Notes under the pieces: model-generated | What the model was told of the DNA's origin: nothing | Database searches by the model: none | Seen by the model: the letters and a program-made list of their open reading frames with translations, nothing else | Source of the DNA: Azolla caroliniana | Lineage: Eukaryota; Plantae; Polypodiophyta | Length of the DNA: 64,000 nucleotides | Direction of reading: 5' to 3' | NCBI GenBank assembly: GCA_043228905.1 | Contig: JBHGNT010000011.1 | Location: 17,794,001-17,858,000 of the forward strand | Part shown: positions 38,020 to 51,375 of the stretch, one piece after another | Numbering within the stretch: the stretch's first letter is position 1 | Layout of the letters: each line of letters begins with the position of its first letter | Translations under genes and position numbers: made by a program

Positions 38020-41000
38020 AATTTCTGTTCAGATGCTCGATCCAATCTGTAAATACATTCGATAAGGGTTGTTGAGCTATATGAAAATAAGAGTCGTGAA
38101 GGGATCTAGTTGCATGGGGAGAATCAAGAGATTGTGAATGTTGTAGCCACGTTTTGGATTTTATCACACACATGCATACACACACATCAACACATGATAA
38201 TGGATAGGTATATACACGGGATCTGAATGTTAGCTTTGAGTCGACATGGGATATTTGTGTGCAACCTGGCTCCTACATGGGTTTTATGTAACTTCACTCA
38301 ACCAAACAATTCAAAAGTTGCATGAGATCCAAACATTATGCATGTTTTGTGAGAAACACTTATGGTACCCTGTTATAGTTAGTTTTTTGCCAAGAATTTT
38401 ATATGTAGGAATTGTGTTTGGAGCAAGTTGTTGTAGCACCATGTTATGTGTCACTTTCCATTGCATTCATTAGATCCATCATTGCAATTTGTCAACCAAA
38501 TTGTGTGTTGGCAGAGGAAATTGCATTTCTTTTTAGTTTGAAACAAAACCTCCCTTTCATCCAGTTCGGCCCTAACCTATTGTTCAATCTCATCCTTTCA
38601 CTATTGAGCTTATTGGTTTATCAATTTTGGTTTTCCTATTCTAGCAATATCTATATGTTTTATTTGAGAAGTTAAAATGTAGTAACAATGCAGAAGTTGC
38701 AAAAGAGTTCTCTTTAAACAAACTTGTGGGGCATTGATGTGAGGGTTCGACGACACAGTTGATGGGACTGAATCTTTAACACATAACACAACTCATATGT
38801 AGGCTTGGCTTTCTACCCTAGAATAAGCATCTTAAACAATGTAATGGAAGCTTGCAACAAATAAGAGCATAATCAGTTGATTCAACGGGCAAAGCAACAT
38901 AATTAGATTGATCTCCCATCTTGGTGTTCAACAATGCAAAGTTAAATAGGCAATTATGTTTACAAGCGTCGCTCTATTAAAATATGCATTACATGTTCGC
39001 CGAAACAATTGAAATGTGAGGCAAAAGAAATCGTATGCACAATCAGAACTGTAAGTGCATATTGGTTTCAACTATATGAAGCAAACACATGTATGAAGTA
39101 TATATGAAGTAACCTAGTCCCATCTTTCATTCCTTTATCATTTTGTTGCAACTCTTGCCATGTCTTTGAATTAGAGCTATGTAATATTGATCATAAACTT
39201 TATGGATATGGTCACAACATTCATCCAATCTTATTTTAATGGATATAATCTCCTTCCAATGCTTTGGCAAGCCACATAGGAAATAGATATTTATTACATG
39301 TAATATACATAATTTGATGCACAATTTGTTTATCCATTAAGGAAAGCGCAATGCAAGGAAAAAAGTTTAAACTAATCTAGTAAGTCCTATTTAGGGAGAT
39401 TATGACCCCATACCTACCCTTTAGATGTTATATAATAATTAAATGCATGTCCATTCTAACTAATCCTACAATTTCAAATGCACTATAACCTTAACTACAA
39501 AACTAATGAAAGCCACAACTTCAAAACCTAAGAGAACCATGTCATAATTATCATTCTCCAAGTGAGCACAAAACATATTCAATGCTTTGTCTAGTAAGTA
39601 GATAGCTACTCTCCTTGATTTTTAAGTATCAAGTATTTGTCTGGTTTGCCTAGTAGGTAGCTAGCAAATTAGAGTGGTCCCCATACATTGAAGGTTCCAT
39701 ATCCTTTTTCTTATATCAACATGGAGCTTATCCTCCACTTCCACCCTTGAATCACAACTTAGTAGAATATGAACCCTTCTATTGGTCCTTTAAACATGAC
39801 TTGGGCTTATTTCCCTTTCTTTTCGCACTTTTAGCATATCCCAAGCATGTATGTTGTGGTCTATGATCTCGTCAAACCTTGTTGGGAGAACTTCACTCCA
39901 TCGTCTCACAAACTTTGGGATTCTTTTGTGAGAAACATTCTCAATATATCTTCTTCTCTATAGACAACTTAATCCCCAAGTTTCTTCATTCGAGTCCAAG
40001 GTCACAATGTCATATTGGTCATGGAGAATCTACAAAGCATATGATGTTCAATTCAACATCAACATTGAATTGCTTGCTATCACGAAGAAGCTTAGGATTG
40101 TCCTCATAGGATCATTTGGGTTAAGCACTTGTATCAAAGGTTGGATGATGACAAATATATCTAGCACTTCATAGACACACAAGAATCGTTTGTCTCTTGA
40201 ACTTTCAACATCAGGGCGAAAGACATGAAGGAAAAAGCAAAGTTTTGGCAGAAATGAGGCAGGGATAGACAAGAGCGCCCGCGTGAATAAGAAAGCTCAT
40301 AGCTTCCTCGTGTGATATTGGATTTCAGAGTTTAAATAGGTGAAGCAAAGCTAACAAAGTATGCTATGATATGGCGTGATAAAATCTGAATTTTGAAATA
40401 CAGGGCTGCTGACATGAAGGAAAAAATAAAGTTCTGGCACAAATTAGGTAGGGATAGACAAGAGTGACCGCCTAAATCAGAAAGTTCATACCTTCCTCGT
40501 ATGATATCGGATTTTAGAGTTCAAAATGGAAAATCAAAGCTAAGGAATGCGCAATTGTTGCCAGTTAGCTTCCTTTGGTGAAAGGTGCCACATTCACATT
40601 TCGTTGATGGTCTATCCCACCATTTCTCACACAAATTTCATGATTTTGTAGCCAACATCCTATCTTGTGCTTACAACTCCTTGCTCTAATGTTGTGTCAA
40701 TGTTCATCACTCCCACCTCTAAAAAATGACAACTTTGATACCTTTTTACATTGCACCATCCATTGTTTGCCAATGATCAAGACGGGGAAACAATTTTAAG
40801 ATTCAATGGAATTTAGTTGAATGGTTTGTCACACGTCGATACGAAAATAGACAAAGGGATTAATTGACATAATAGATTCAATGATAAGACATATAATTTC
40901 TTTGAGCTTAATATGTTCTCTTTAGAAAATTGATGTAAGGGCATACAATGGTGTGCTCATACAAACTTCAACGTGTGCAACACAATGGACAAATCCAAGC

Positions 41001-43191
41001 ATAAATGATCATGTGTTTAAAGAGGATGAAACCTAAAATGTTGACTCAAGAGAAGTAAATTCATGCTACAAAGGCATTGCAATCATTTACTACACCATAG
41101 TCTAGGATTGTGTAGAATCAAGCTCTACCGTCTCTCATAGGTCAAGAACTTGCATGATTGTATTGACTCACTCCAATTGAAGCCTAGTGGATCAAAGTTG
41201 TGGGGGTTGCAACACCAATAAACTCACATGTTGCTATTTTGGTATCTCAAGTGTGAAGGAACTACATCAACTCATTCTCAAACTTAGGGGTGAAACATTT
41301 GATGCACTCTTGTGGAGGCCATATTCTAACACAAAATTTGTCTTTACAAATAACTTTCCACAATCCAAGGTTTCAACACAACATTGTCGCCTCAATGCAA
41401 TAGTGATGAACTAAGATATGTCTTAAATATTCAAGGATATATACATTGAAAGGGATTAAGTGCCACTATACATGGAAAACTGTGGGTCAAACTTATAAAC
41501 CATATTTGATGATATTTAGCATTTTCTCATTCAGATAAAAATATTATAAGTTATAACCTTTAGGATCATACTTGTAAAGCATAGGAAATAGTAAAAACGA
41601 TGTTTATAAAGATGGGAATCTTGTGAATGGGCAAAATAATTTGTCTATTGCATTTATGTACTCACATATATTACACAAGCAGGGTATGGAACCTTCTCTT
41701 TTCGAATAATAAAAGTCTTAAATGGCCTTTTATTTGTATACATTTGTGATGGTCAAATCTTTATCGAAGTAAGGCTTGATAGAAATTTATCGTGTCGACA
41801 ACAAAGCTCCGGTGTTCCACGTACAAATTTATTATTCAATAATCAGCTGAAATCTTATTTTTGCAAACATGCAAAATGAGGTAAAGAAGGAGCACGTAAA
41901 CATGATGAAACCCCCCAAAAATTTGCCTAAGTTAATGATGATGGTGGGTAGTAAATAAAGATGTGGAAAGAAATTAGATCTCTTTGCTTCTCATGTTCAT
42001 GACCAACTTCATTTTTGTATCTTGGTTAAGTTGTACACTTTATTTTAAATTAAGATTCTTAGGTTGTCACATCTACGTTTGATTACATTAGATAGTGGCT
42101 TCTCATTCTTTGTCTTCTTCATAAACTAAATGCCTCTTTTAAAGTATTGTCTTGTATATATTTCATATTGATTGGACAAGTCACGTAGATTATCCACTCC
42201 ATCTTTAGATACTCCAAAGACTTTTATTTCGTCACTTCTCCAATTGTCAAGTAACAATTCTTCTACCTTTCTCAATTTATAATATAAATAATGTTTGAGA
42301 ATCTCTTATAAACTTGAGATGGAGTAGCCATCAAAATCTTATTACAACATAATTTTGTAGTTGTAGATTCACCACCTCCTTAACTTCGACAAGTTGAATC
42401 ATATTTCTTTTGTTTTTCCACCTAATAAGCCGTTCAAGATGAGGTTGTTTATCTATTAGCACTCAATGGAATAATATTGGGCCATTTTATAGGCTTGTGC
42501 AACTTTGAGCAAGCTAGTTTCTTTGCTTACGACATTACGTGGACATGGAGAAGGGAATCTTCAAGATGGATTGGTAGAAAGGTCTACACAATCTTAAATT
42601 GTAAAACATGGCAAGATGTGTCATGAGGTGAGTACCACAACTCTCAATTAGAAAAGGGTAGTGAATATGGGGCAAGATGAGACACCTTTTAATTAGAGTT
42701 CCATAACCTCTAGATTTGTCTAGATGAATGTGTGAGGATTTGAGGGTAAATTATGCATGAAGCTAGGATGAGAAAAATAGGAAAACATTGGAATGAAAGA
42801 TAAGAATATCAACATTGGGTAGCTTACACATCATAGACAATATAGAAAGAAGATTTCAAGGCTTGGTTACAAGCAAGGACCTTGTTAGAGGTATTGGATG
42901 GTGGCCAGAAGATTGATTAATATAGAGCAAACAAGAGAGACATAAGATGTTAAACTAAACTTGATAGATAGATAGATTGTATTACCGTCGTCATCGAAGA
43001 TTGGGATAAGGTAGAAGAAGTGAACGGATCGAGTAATGGTTTCTTCACGATGGTTGACATTGGCAATGGGAGAAGGATTTTGTGTCGAATGCGTGGATGG
43101 CTAAAGGTTATTTACTCTTTAGACTTGGAGATATACTACATATACACATTATGTATTGTAAAGTGAAGTGTGGTCCTAGTGAGTGACAGTC

Positions 43192-44904
43192 ATGGTGTTG
43201 GTATTATACTTGATGTGTGCCATGGTCTCACTAGTATTGGTAACCCATGCCTCCAATGGACTCTCCACCAATGCGGGCAGGGGCCCTATGTCGCCATCCC
43301 CGTCCACTGGAAGCGTGAGCTCTGGTGGCTTCCATTTGAGCCCGGGTGCCAATGTCCAACAACCTGACAACTTCCATCCGAGCATCACGGTCATCATTGC
43401 GATTCTAAGCACCATGTTCGCCCTCACTTTCCTCCTCTTGCTCTATGCCAAGCATTGCAAGCCACCTCAATTCGGTGTCTATGGCAGCTCGCACTTAGCC
43501 ATCCTTCCTATGGCAGCCACCCATCCCCAAATGGCCAATGATCCCACCCATCCTCTTTTCATGAGCCGCGAGCCCGCTGGCCTCGACCCTTTCGTCATCG
43601 AGTCCCTCCCTTCCTTCCTTTTCTCATCGCTCCGAGGGACGAAAGACGGTCTCGAATGCGCGGTTTGCTTATCGAGGTTCGGGAACCACGAGCTTCTCCG
43701 CCTGCTTCCGTCGTGCCACCACGCATTCCACACGCATTGTGTCGACACTTGGCTCGTGCACCATTCCACATGCCCGCTCTGCCGCCGCCATGTAGGCCTT
43801 GACTCCCTCCTCCTCCTCGAGAGTAGCTTCGGCGGTCTCCGGCCTCCATCAAGCGAACCCCCTTCCCTTCACCAATCGTTCCGCTTCCCATTGGCCGATG
43901 CGGTCACAACGGGTAATGGTGATCATGCATTCGAATACTATGTAGAACGCGATCGGGATTTCGATGATTGTGATGTGTCTCGCCTAGGCATAGGGTCATC
44001 GAGCCACTTCACGATCGGATCCAGCAACCGCCACATCGCATCAGCCGGGTTGGGATCGAGTCGGCATGGATGGTCAGGCAGCTGGCGGAAAGATCTCCTA
44101 ATTTGCGGGGGGAGCGGGAGGGCGAGCTCGCGGGTTAACGAGACTTGTCTCGGCGGGAGTATCCGGAAGCTGGCCTGTACAAGCGCAAGTCTAGAGCACC
44201 CCATTCATGAGACGATCGTCGAAGATCCCGATCGTATAAATTATCCGCTCGCGGAAGCGGGTGGCCATGTGGTGGGGGAGCCGGACAATGCATTGAGCAA
44301 GCATGAAATTCCCATTCCTTTTTGTCATGAGCTTCCACCCCACCTCCAACACATGGATGAGGAGCTGGCAAGACGGCTCGGCCATCGGGTCACAATATCG
44401 GAGGGTTTGTGCCAACCACGAAGATGGAGTGATGTTGTTCTGCCATCGCATGGGGTCTCCTACTTCTTCACGCAAAGGGATCGATACTTTGGGGGAAATG
44501 GCGGCATCATCGATGGTGACGGTGGTACCCGGGTTTCGAATAATAATAAGGTGATGGACTTGGAGATGGGGGAGACCGAATTCCGGAACAAATTGCCGGC
44601 TCCCAGGGTCTGGAACAACATCCAACGACGATGCATGTCGGAAATTCCAGGCTTGCATAGATCAACAAATCGCATAAATGAACGGAGATTTCCGGATGGA
44701 GAACAACTAGACATGCATCGACGAAAATGGCTGCAAACAACACGAAGGACCCTAAAATGTCTTGTTGGTCAGCATTGCATGCCCAATCCTTCTCATCTCG
44801 AGGATGATCCATCATTTGATGACGATGGCCCGACCGTGAGTATCACAAAAGAGTTAATACGAATGCCACGAAGAATCTTGGATTCGAACCCAAGTTTGCC
44901 TTAA
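43192..44904 (+). CDS. ATL: ATL-family RING-H2 E3 ubiquitin ligase (ATL42-like), intronless, ~570 aa
   Basis: First ATG at 43192; N-terminal hydrophobic segment, TM (ITVIIAILSTMFALTFLLLLYAKHC), GLD motif (GLDPFVIESLP), RING-H2 CAVCL...LLPSCHHAFH..CVD.WL..HSTCPLCR; downstream RWSD and RCMSEI motifs. Confidence 0.93.
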   Translation: MVLVLYLMCAMVSLVLVTHASNGLSTNAGRGPMSPSPSTGSVSSGGFHLSPGANVQQPDNFHPSITVIIAILSTMFALTFLLLLYAKHCKPPQFGVYGSSHLAILPMAATHPQMANDPTHPLFMSREPAGLDPFVIESLPSFLFSSLRGTKDGLECAVCLSRFGNHELLRLLPSCHHAFHTHCVDTWLVHHSTCPLCRRHVGLDSLLLLESSFGGLRPPSSEPPSLHQSFRFPLADAVTTGNGDHAFEYYVERDRDFDDCDVSRLGIGSSSHFTIGSSNRHIASAGLGSSRHGWSGSWRKDLLICGGSGRASSRVNETCLGGSIRKLACTSASLEHPIHETIVEDPDRINYPLAEAGGHVVGEPDNALSKHEIPIPFCHELPPHLQHMDEELARRLGHRVTISEGLCQPRRWSDVVLPSHGVSYFFTQRDRYFGGNGGIIDGDGGTRVSNNNKVMDLEMGETEFRNKLPAPRVWNNIQRRCMSEIPGLHRSTNRINERRFPDGEQLDMHRRKWLQTTRRTLKCLVGQHCMPNPSHLEDDPSFDDDGPTVSITKELIRMPRRILDSNPSLP

Positions 44905-45100
44905 CAAGTCTAGTTTCTTCCCTAGGGGCACTTTGCCCTCTCGCTGGGACAAAGTTTCATTCATATGCCCATACACATTATTTTAACTTTGGGGATTTCT
45001 TTTCCCATACCCAATTCTCTCTCAATTCATACACGCACGTCCCACCACACCGGAAGAGAGAGTTGTACGAATCCATCTCAATTGTTGTGTTTACATGACC

Positions 45101-45200
45101 TAGTGTCTCCCAATGGATATATGTTTACATGAACTAGTGTCTCCCAATGGATATATGTTTACGTGACTTAGTGTTTCCAAATGGATATATGTTGCACGTT
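45101..45200. repeat. Tandem repeat, ~2.6 x 37 bp, downstream of ATL
   Basis: TAGTGTCTCCCAATGGATATATGTTTACATGAAC repeated with small variations. Confidence 0.85.
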
Positions 45201-48200
45201 GCTTAGGATTAACCTTGTTTGTCCCAAGCCCACTAAAAATGGACAACTCGTAGTTGTTAAAGATAGTAGGACATGTATATCTACATTTCACTATAGGAAA
45301 AGTTTCCATATGATATCATTGAGATTGTTAGTGACCATGTCATATGGATTTGTTTCTTCTTGTTACATATTGTCCTTCATTAATGACAACCATCTGAAAA
45401 CAAGGTCCAATGCTAGAGTATACCTCCAAAATCTTGACTTTTTTCAATCATTACATTACCTTCTAATGAAGTATGAACATTTGTGCCATTTTATATAACA
45501 TTTCAAAACATTTTGAGAGTATAAAAAAAAGTAAACCAATCCTCCACATGGGACCTTGTTGATATAAAAGGATTCCTTAATATGAATAAAGCATATAAAA
45601 AAACTATTGTGTGAAATGTAAAACATACCATAAACTCTAGATGGCCTAGTAGATGCATGTGCCCACAAATGGAAAAGCCAACACCTTCAAAGTATAAACA
45701 CTCAACAATTTTGGACTAGTTTAGTTTAGTTTAGTGCCATTGCAATAACAATGCATCAATACATGGATGTAAAGAAATGATAAAACTTCACATATTCTTA
45801 ATCCTTATTAATAATGAATGGTATTTGAAAATCTCTCATGAATAGAGGCAAAATATGTATTAAAAAATGGTGGTGTACTAAACAAAAATTTTAGGCAACA
45901 TTTTGGAAGACATGGAAAGGTTAAGCAAAAAGTAAGATCTTAGGAGCCAAGGTCACCCCATGGAAACTCAAAAAAGTGCACAAGAACTATAAGCATTGGA
46001 ATTTCAAACCGAACAGAAGAGGAAGTCTCATGTTGGAGAAGCGATCAATATTTAACTAGGTATAAGAAGGTTCTTAGTTCGACTAGAAATTAACGAGATG
46101 GATGTCGGGTGAATCTAGTTAGTAGTTCCATTATTCAAAACTTTATGGTGGGTGTGTACCCATTGGCTCTATGGATGATAGATTATGTCTTGCTTTTACT
46201 CTTAATAGTCATTACATGGTTTTCGGTTACGAAATACATGTATTTTGTGGATCTTGGAAGAGTCATTACAAAGTGAATTGAATTTGTGAATTGTGAATTG
46301 ATGTCATAAGTTTATATCACCTTAATCCATTCATTATTATAGCTTTCTCAATGCAGTAATTCTTCAATATAGATTTCCCACTTTTCCAAATGATCTCCCA
46401 TATAGGCTAACTGTTTTTTACGTGAAGTTTTTACAATGTTGTTATTATGTAGCAAGTAGCCAACCAATCATTCATCTCCATAATTTCATTGAAAAAGGAT
46501 AGATCGAAGACTATTAAATGGAGAAGACGGCTTTAAGAGCTTTGAAATTTATACAACATAAAAAGCACTTTCAACTTTCCCAACATACATTTCTCTTAAT
46601 GTTTTGATGTTATTTCATAGGAGATTGTTAAATAAGTGAAGATCGCATTGCATACAAGTGTTTGTTTTGCTACTTGACATTATCGATTCGAGCATTTGCC
46701 AATGAGTGTGACCTTGAGTTCATCTTAAAAGAATATCCAGATTTTCAAATTTTGACTATGCACACTAGTAATATGCTCTTAGAAAATGGCTTTGCATATG
46801 TGCCACAACTTGAGGGTTCTAGCATTCTGTCTTCACTATACGATTTCATATGTTTTTTGTTTAAGTTTATGCTTATGAGACATAGCTTTGAATATTAGTG
46901 CACATAATCCAAGGGTTACCCTAGGAATTTGCACGACCCAAAGGTTCAAAAGAATAACATTGTGTTATAAATTTATCTTGATAAAAGTCAAGGAATCAAA
47001 ACAAAATTGAAGACTCCAAGTGACCCAACTTGAGAAGCTCATTACCGAAACCAACGTCGTAAACCAATTTGAAATATACGGTAATAATAAAGTGCATGCG
47101 ATAGGAAATTAAAACAAAAACTTTAGACAACATCAAAATATAGTTCACATGGTAAGAGCTAGCCATTGAAACAAAAGGGTGAGAGGCTAAAGATGACAAA
47201 AGGAAAGAGTTAAGCCACAATGCATAAATGAATACAAGGAATCGTGTGTTGAATGTGAATACATCGACAAACATTTTTCCGAGCTCTTGAGTTCATGGAA
47301 GGTTAAGGACAAGTGTATGCTCAATAGAGAAGTTAATAGTGCATAGCAAATAAAGAGAATGTTGTTTCTATCCAACATGTGGGCTCTTCAAAGCTATATA
47401 ATGAGCAAGAGCTTAGAGTGGGGAAAGTTTTTGGGAATTGAACACCAAAGCTTTAACTACAAATCAAGCATCAACGGGCAACAAATCATAAGCATGTGTT
47501 GGAGGTTTGAGTCTCCAACAACCAAGGTGACTTTGTCGTGGTGGACTTGCCATGCCAAATCAAGGTTCATAATTAATATCCTACTTACCATACTTTCCTT
47601 CTCAACCTCTGTAAAAGGTTCAAGTATTTTGGATTCTTTTTCTTCCTACAACTCTTTGTATTAATTTTGTGGGATTTAAAATTGTTTCCCCACCTTGACA
47701 CTACTATAGAAAAAGGGGGTGTTCGCATCCCCTAAACATGAGCACATCACAATGTTATACTCAATGCATTGTGTCTTGCCAAACGTTGCTTTTAGTTTCC
47801 TAAACACATCGCCAAACATTGCAAAAAGAAAAAAGAAAACAATAAATAAATAATAATAAAAGAAAAAAGAGGTTATGCATGTGTACGTTTGTATATACAT
47901 ATTCCTAATTCACATATTAATAGAGAGAAAGAAACAAATAAAAATACCTTGATGGCAAGACTCTGCATGAGTGCAAACATTCATTTTCACGTGGGACCTA
48001 GTGAGACATTATTTCATGTAAGCTAAGCAGCCCTCAATTTCCAAAAGCGCTCAATTCAAATGATATCCTTGTGTGAGCTGAAAGACACTATTTTGCTAGT
48101 TACTTGTGTTTTTAATACACCTAGCTAAAGTTGTAACTATAAAACTAAAACTAGTTTGTTTCTCCATTATCTATTACTTCATTTCTACATCATATTTCAG

Positions 48201-49952
48201 TGGAAGTCTGTTTGATATTGGATCAAGATGGTGAGGAAAGTATCATGCGAAAAGAAAACTTCCTAAACATTTTACAAGTTGTAGGATTCAAACCCTCATC
48301 TCCAAATTCCCGATTTCCTTACCCTTCCATTGGGTGACACTCAAGCTCCATGTCATGCTCATCCCATATGGAACCAAACCATCTTTAGCCCAACGTGAAA
48401 CATGGTATGGAATACATAATTTTTTGTGTCTTACTATGTTTGATAGATCAAGATTTTTAAATGCATGAACACTTATTATAATAATATATGTAGGGACTAC
48501 AGGAAAATAAATGAGTGCACACAAGCCACACTTGACCATTGTCATGCCATTCAAAGTGAGCCACTATCTTCTAATTTGGGAACGGATGTGCCTTATTGGA
48601 GCCACACTAAATGTGCATACATTCTTCCTACAGATAAGGAGACAACGACCAATTTATAGTTCAACGTGAAGAATTCACGACCACATATATCAATGTTTCC
48701 CACCATTGATTCCTTAACTAAAGTGCACCAACCTTGCTCCAACTTGGACACGCTCCTATTGGCAATGTAGAGCTTCTCTACTTAAAAATACCATAAACTT
48801 CCAAAAATATGTATGAACCACAAGTGAATATGGCCTTTGCTTAGCAGAGGAGACCATCTTGCAAATCTCTTTGTTTGGTTGGCATAGGTCATGTTTTTGA
48901 GCTCTTGACGATAGTAAGATATTATCATCCTCTCTTTTACTCTTAGCAAATATTATTATCATCATCTCTCTATATATATATATATATGTGCAAGCACAAT
49001 ATGCAATACACGCAGATGTATCCCCTACACATTGTTTTGAAGTCAACAAACAAATTTATGATCATTGAGGATAAATATTGTTTTTTTGTTTTTCAACTCA
49101 CAACAAATTTACGATAATTGGGCCAATTTACTTCTCTATATGGTGCTTATGAGAAGCACCCCACATTTATATCATAATGACCTAACCATGTCTCTAAACC
49201 ATCAATTATTATGATCTTACAATGTGAGTTGGGAGTCAGAACTCCTCTCTCAAACAACAATAAAGTTTGTTTACTAAAAAGGCGTTCTAACCTTCCAAAC
49301 TAGTTTTAATGCACATAGTGTGCTGGAAAAGTAACACTTGCAAGTTGCAACTATTGAATACAAGCACGCAGAGGGAATCATTCTAATCAGTGAAGTTTCA
49401 ACCAATGTTGAACAATTTGGATCATTTACAAAGCTTATGAATTTGGATTACAAAATCCATCGAACATCAAAGCTAACATATGTACCTTGAGAATTCTCAA
49501 AGGTGTTCTCATTTGAAATGTGTATGTATACATGTGTTTGTTAAAACAACAAATTAACATGCATAGCATGTTACATTCATTATTAAACAACTCAGAACTA
49601 ATTTGAATTTTCTATGACTAATCTCGATGAAAACCAAGTCCTCATACAAATATTCTCAAAACCAATGTGTTGCCTTGGTATTCCTAACCAAGTGACCAAT
49701 TTCCAAACCATGTCACATGATTCCAACACAATTAACAATAATTTATTTAGACTATCGAATGACAAGGGAGATGTCCATATGAGACCTAATACAAATTTCT
49801 CTTCCTCAAGGAAAGCAATTAGAAATGTGGCTTGACAAGCACATATGCTCACATTTCTCACATTTTCCGTGGCCAAAGGTACTCACGCATATGGTATGAA
49901 ACCGTCCATAGGAATACCTCAAGAGAGTACATGTAGACATGATGGGATTCTT

Positions 49953-51101
49953 CTACTCAATGGGATGAAGAGGTGTCATGTCCATGGGGTAGCTACCCAA
50001 GATCCGTAGGAAAGTGACAAACTCTTGTAACTCGGCCAGAGCATTCTGAGCCTTCGGCTCTGCCATTGACGCCTCAAAGTCTATGTAGAATAAGTACTCG
50101 AAATACTTGGCAGTGCCATTGGAAGAGGTTGCTGCATTGGGCGGGGCGGATGAAACGTTGGTAAAGTCGACGAGGCGGAGCGGCCGTTTCCTTTGGGGCC
50201 GGCTCTCGATTTTCGTGAGGTTTATGTTCCGGAACGCGAATGCAGACAGGACCTTGAAGAGGGCGCCCGTGGATTCCTCGTGTGCGAACACGATGCTCGT
50301 CTTGAAGGGGCGGTCAGTGCGGGGGACGATGGGCTCGCGCGCGAGCATCACGAAACGCGTCACGTTGCTCGGGTCGTCTTGGATGCCTTCAGCCAAGATG
50401 TGGAGGCCGTAAATCTGGGCGGCCCGGGCGCTGGCGATGGCCGCAGTGTCCCGGAGGTTTTTGGCGGCAATGAATTGGGCCGCACCCGCAGTGTCATCGA
50501 CGGCCTCGCGGCTCACGGTGATGAGGCCCAGGCTTGTAAGGGTGTGTTCACACTGGGCCAATGCCTGGGGGTGGCTTATGACGCGCGTGAGGTCACGGAT
50601 CTCGACTCCCGGGAGGGCCAGGAGGCAGTGGCGCACGGGGAGCTGGACTTCGCCCACGATGTGGAGGCGGTGGCTCAGGAGCAGGTCGTAGTTCCGATGG
50701 ATGCTCCCACCCAACGAGTTCTCGACGGGCAAGACGGCGCGGTCGGCGAGCCAGAGCTCTACGGATTGGAATGCGACCTCGAATTGGTCGCAAGGGATGG
50801 GTTCACATGATCCCCCCCCAGTTCCATTATTGTAGGCTTTACAGGCGGCAGCTTCGCTATAGGCACCGGGGACCCCCTGGTAGGCCACACGGAGGTTGGA
50901 GCCGTGCATCGGGGGTGGGGCAAGGTCGGTTATGGTAAGGGCCGCATGAGTCATGTTGTAGAGCTCACCCGGAGATGCCGAGTTGGGGTCAGGAATTGTG
51001 GCGACCGGCATCGGCATCGGCATCATCGCGAGGTGTGTGTCCACCCCCATGGTTTCTTTTACCCTACTGGGGTTCAGATCTTGGACACTTGTGCTTGCCA
51101 T
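49953..51101 (-). CDS. ADT: Arogenate dehydratase (type II, intronless), 382 aa
   Basis: Single ORF with [68 protein letters not shown] and TKIESRP plus the ACT-domain end LGSYPMD; GC-rich against the AT-rich background. Confidence 0.96.
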   Translation of the reverse strand: MASTSVQDLNPSRVKETMGVDTHLAMMPMPMPVATIPDPNSASPGELYNMTHAALTITDLAPPPMHGSNLRVAYQGVPGAYSEAAACKAYNNGTGGGSCEPIPCDQFEVAFQSVELWLADRAVLPVENSLGGSIHRNYDLLLSHRLHIVGEVQLPVRHCLLALPGVEIRDLTRVISHPQALAQCEHTLTSLGLITVSREAVDDTAGAAQFIAAKNLRDTAAIASARAAQIYGLHILAEGIQDDPSNVTRFVMLAREPIVPRTDRPFKTSIVFAHEESTGALFKVLSAFAFRNINLTKIESRPQRKRPLRLVDFTNVSSAPPNAATSSNGTAKYFEYLFYIDFEASMAEPKAQNALAELQEFVTFLRILGSYPMDMTPLHPIE

Positions 51102-51369
51102 AGATCAGATCCTTGCTTGTTCTTAGCTTTAGCTACCCTCCTCTCCTCTCTGTTTCTCTACTCTGCTTTGTTACTCTGTTCTGGCTCTTCCCTTTCTTCC
51201 TTCTTTACACAAACTTAGGGGGGGGGGAGAGAGACAATGAATGGGTCAACTCACTCTTTTTTCTAACCTCCTCCTCCTCCTCCTCCTCCTGCTGCTGCTG
51301 CTTCTGTCTTTCTTTCTTTTGCTAGATCTCTTCCTCCTTCCCTTAGCTACTGGTTCATTTGGAGCCTCC

Positions 51370-51375
51370 TTTATA
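51370..51375 (-). promoter_or_regulatory. Putative TATA box of ADT
   Basis: Minus-strand TATAAA ~270 bp upstream of the ATG, followed by a purine-rich, ATG-free leader. Confidence 0.45.

Noticed and set aside
40225-40545. Two ~130-bp imperfect direct repeats in intergenic DNA
   Set aside because: Probably internal repeats of a decayed TE; no ends or coding signature could be defined.
45101-45200. 37-bp repeats of CRISPR-like length
   Set aside because: Head-to-tail with no unique spacers, eukaryotic context, no cas genes.
50107-51218. Several overlapping plus-strand ORFs over ADT (and antisense ORFs over ATL at 43479-44815)
   Set aside because: Expected from high GC content suppressing stop codons; no independent motifs.
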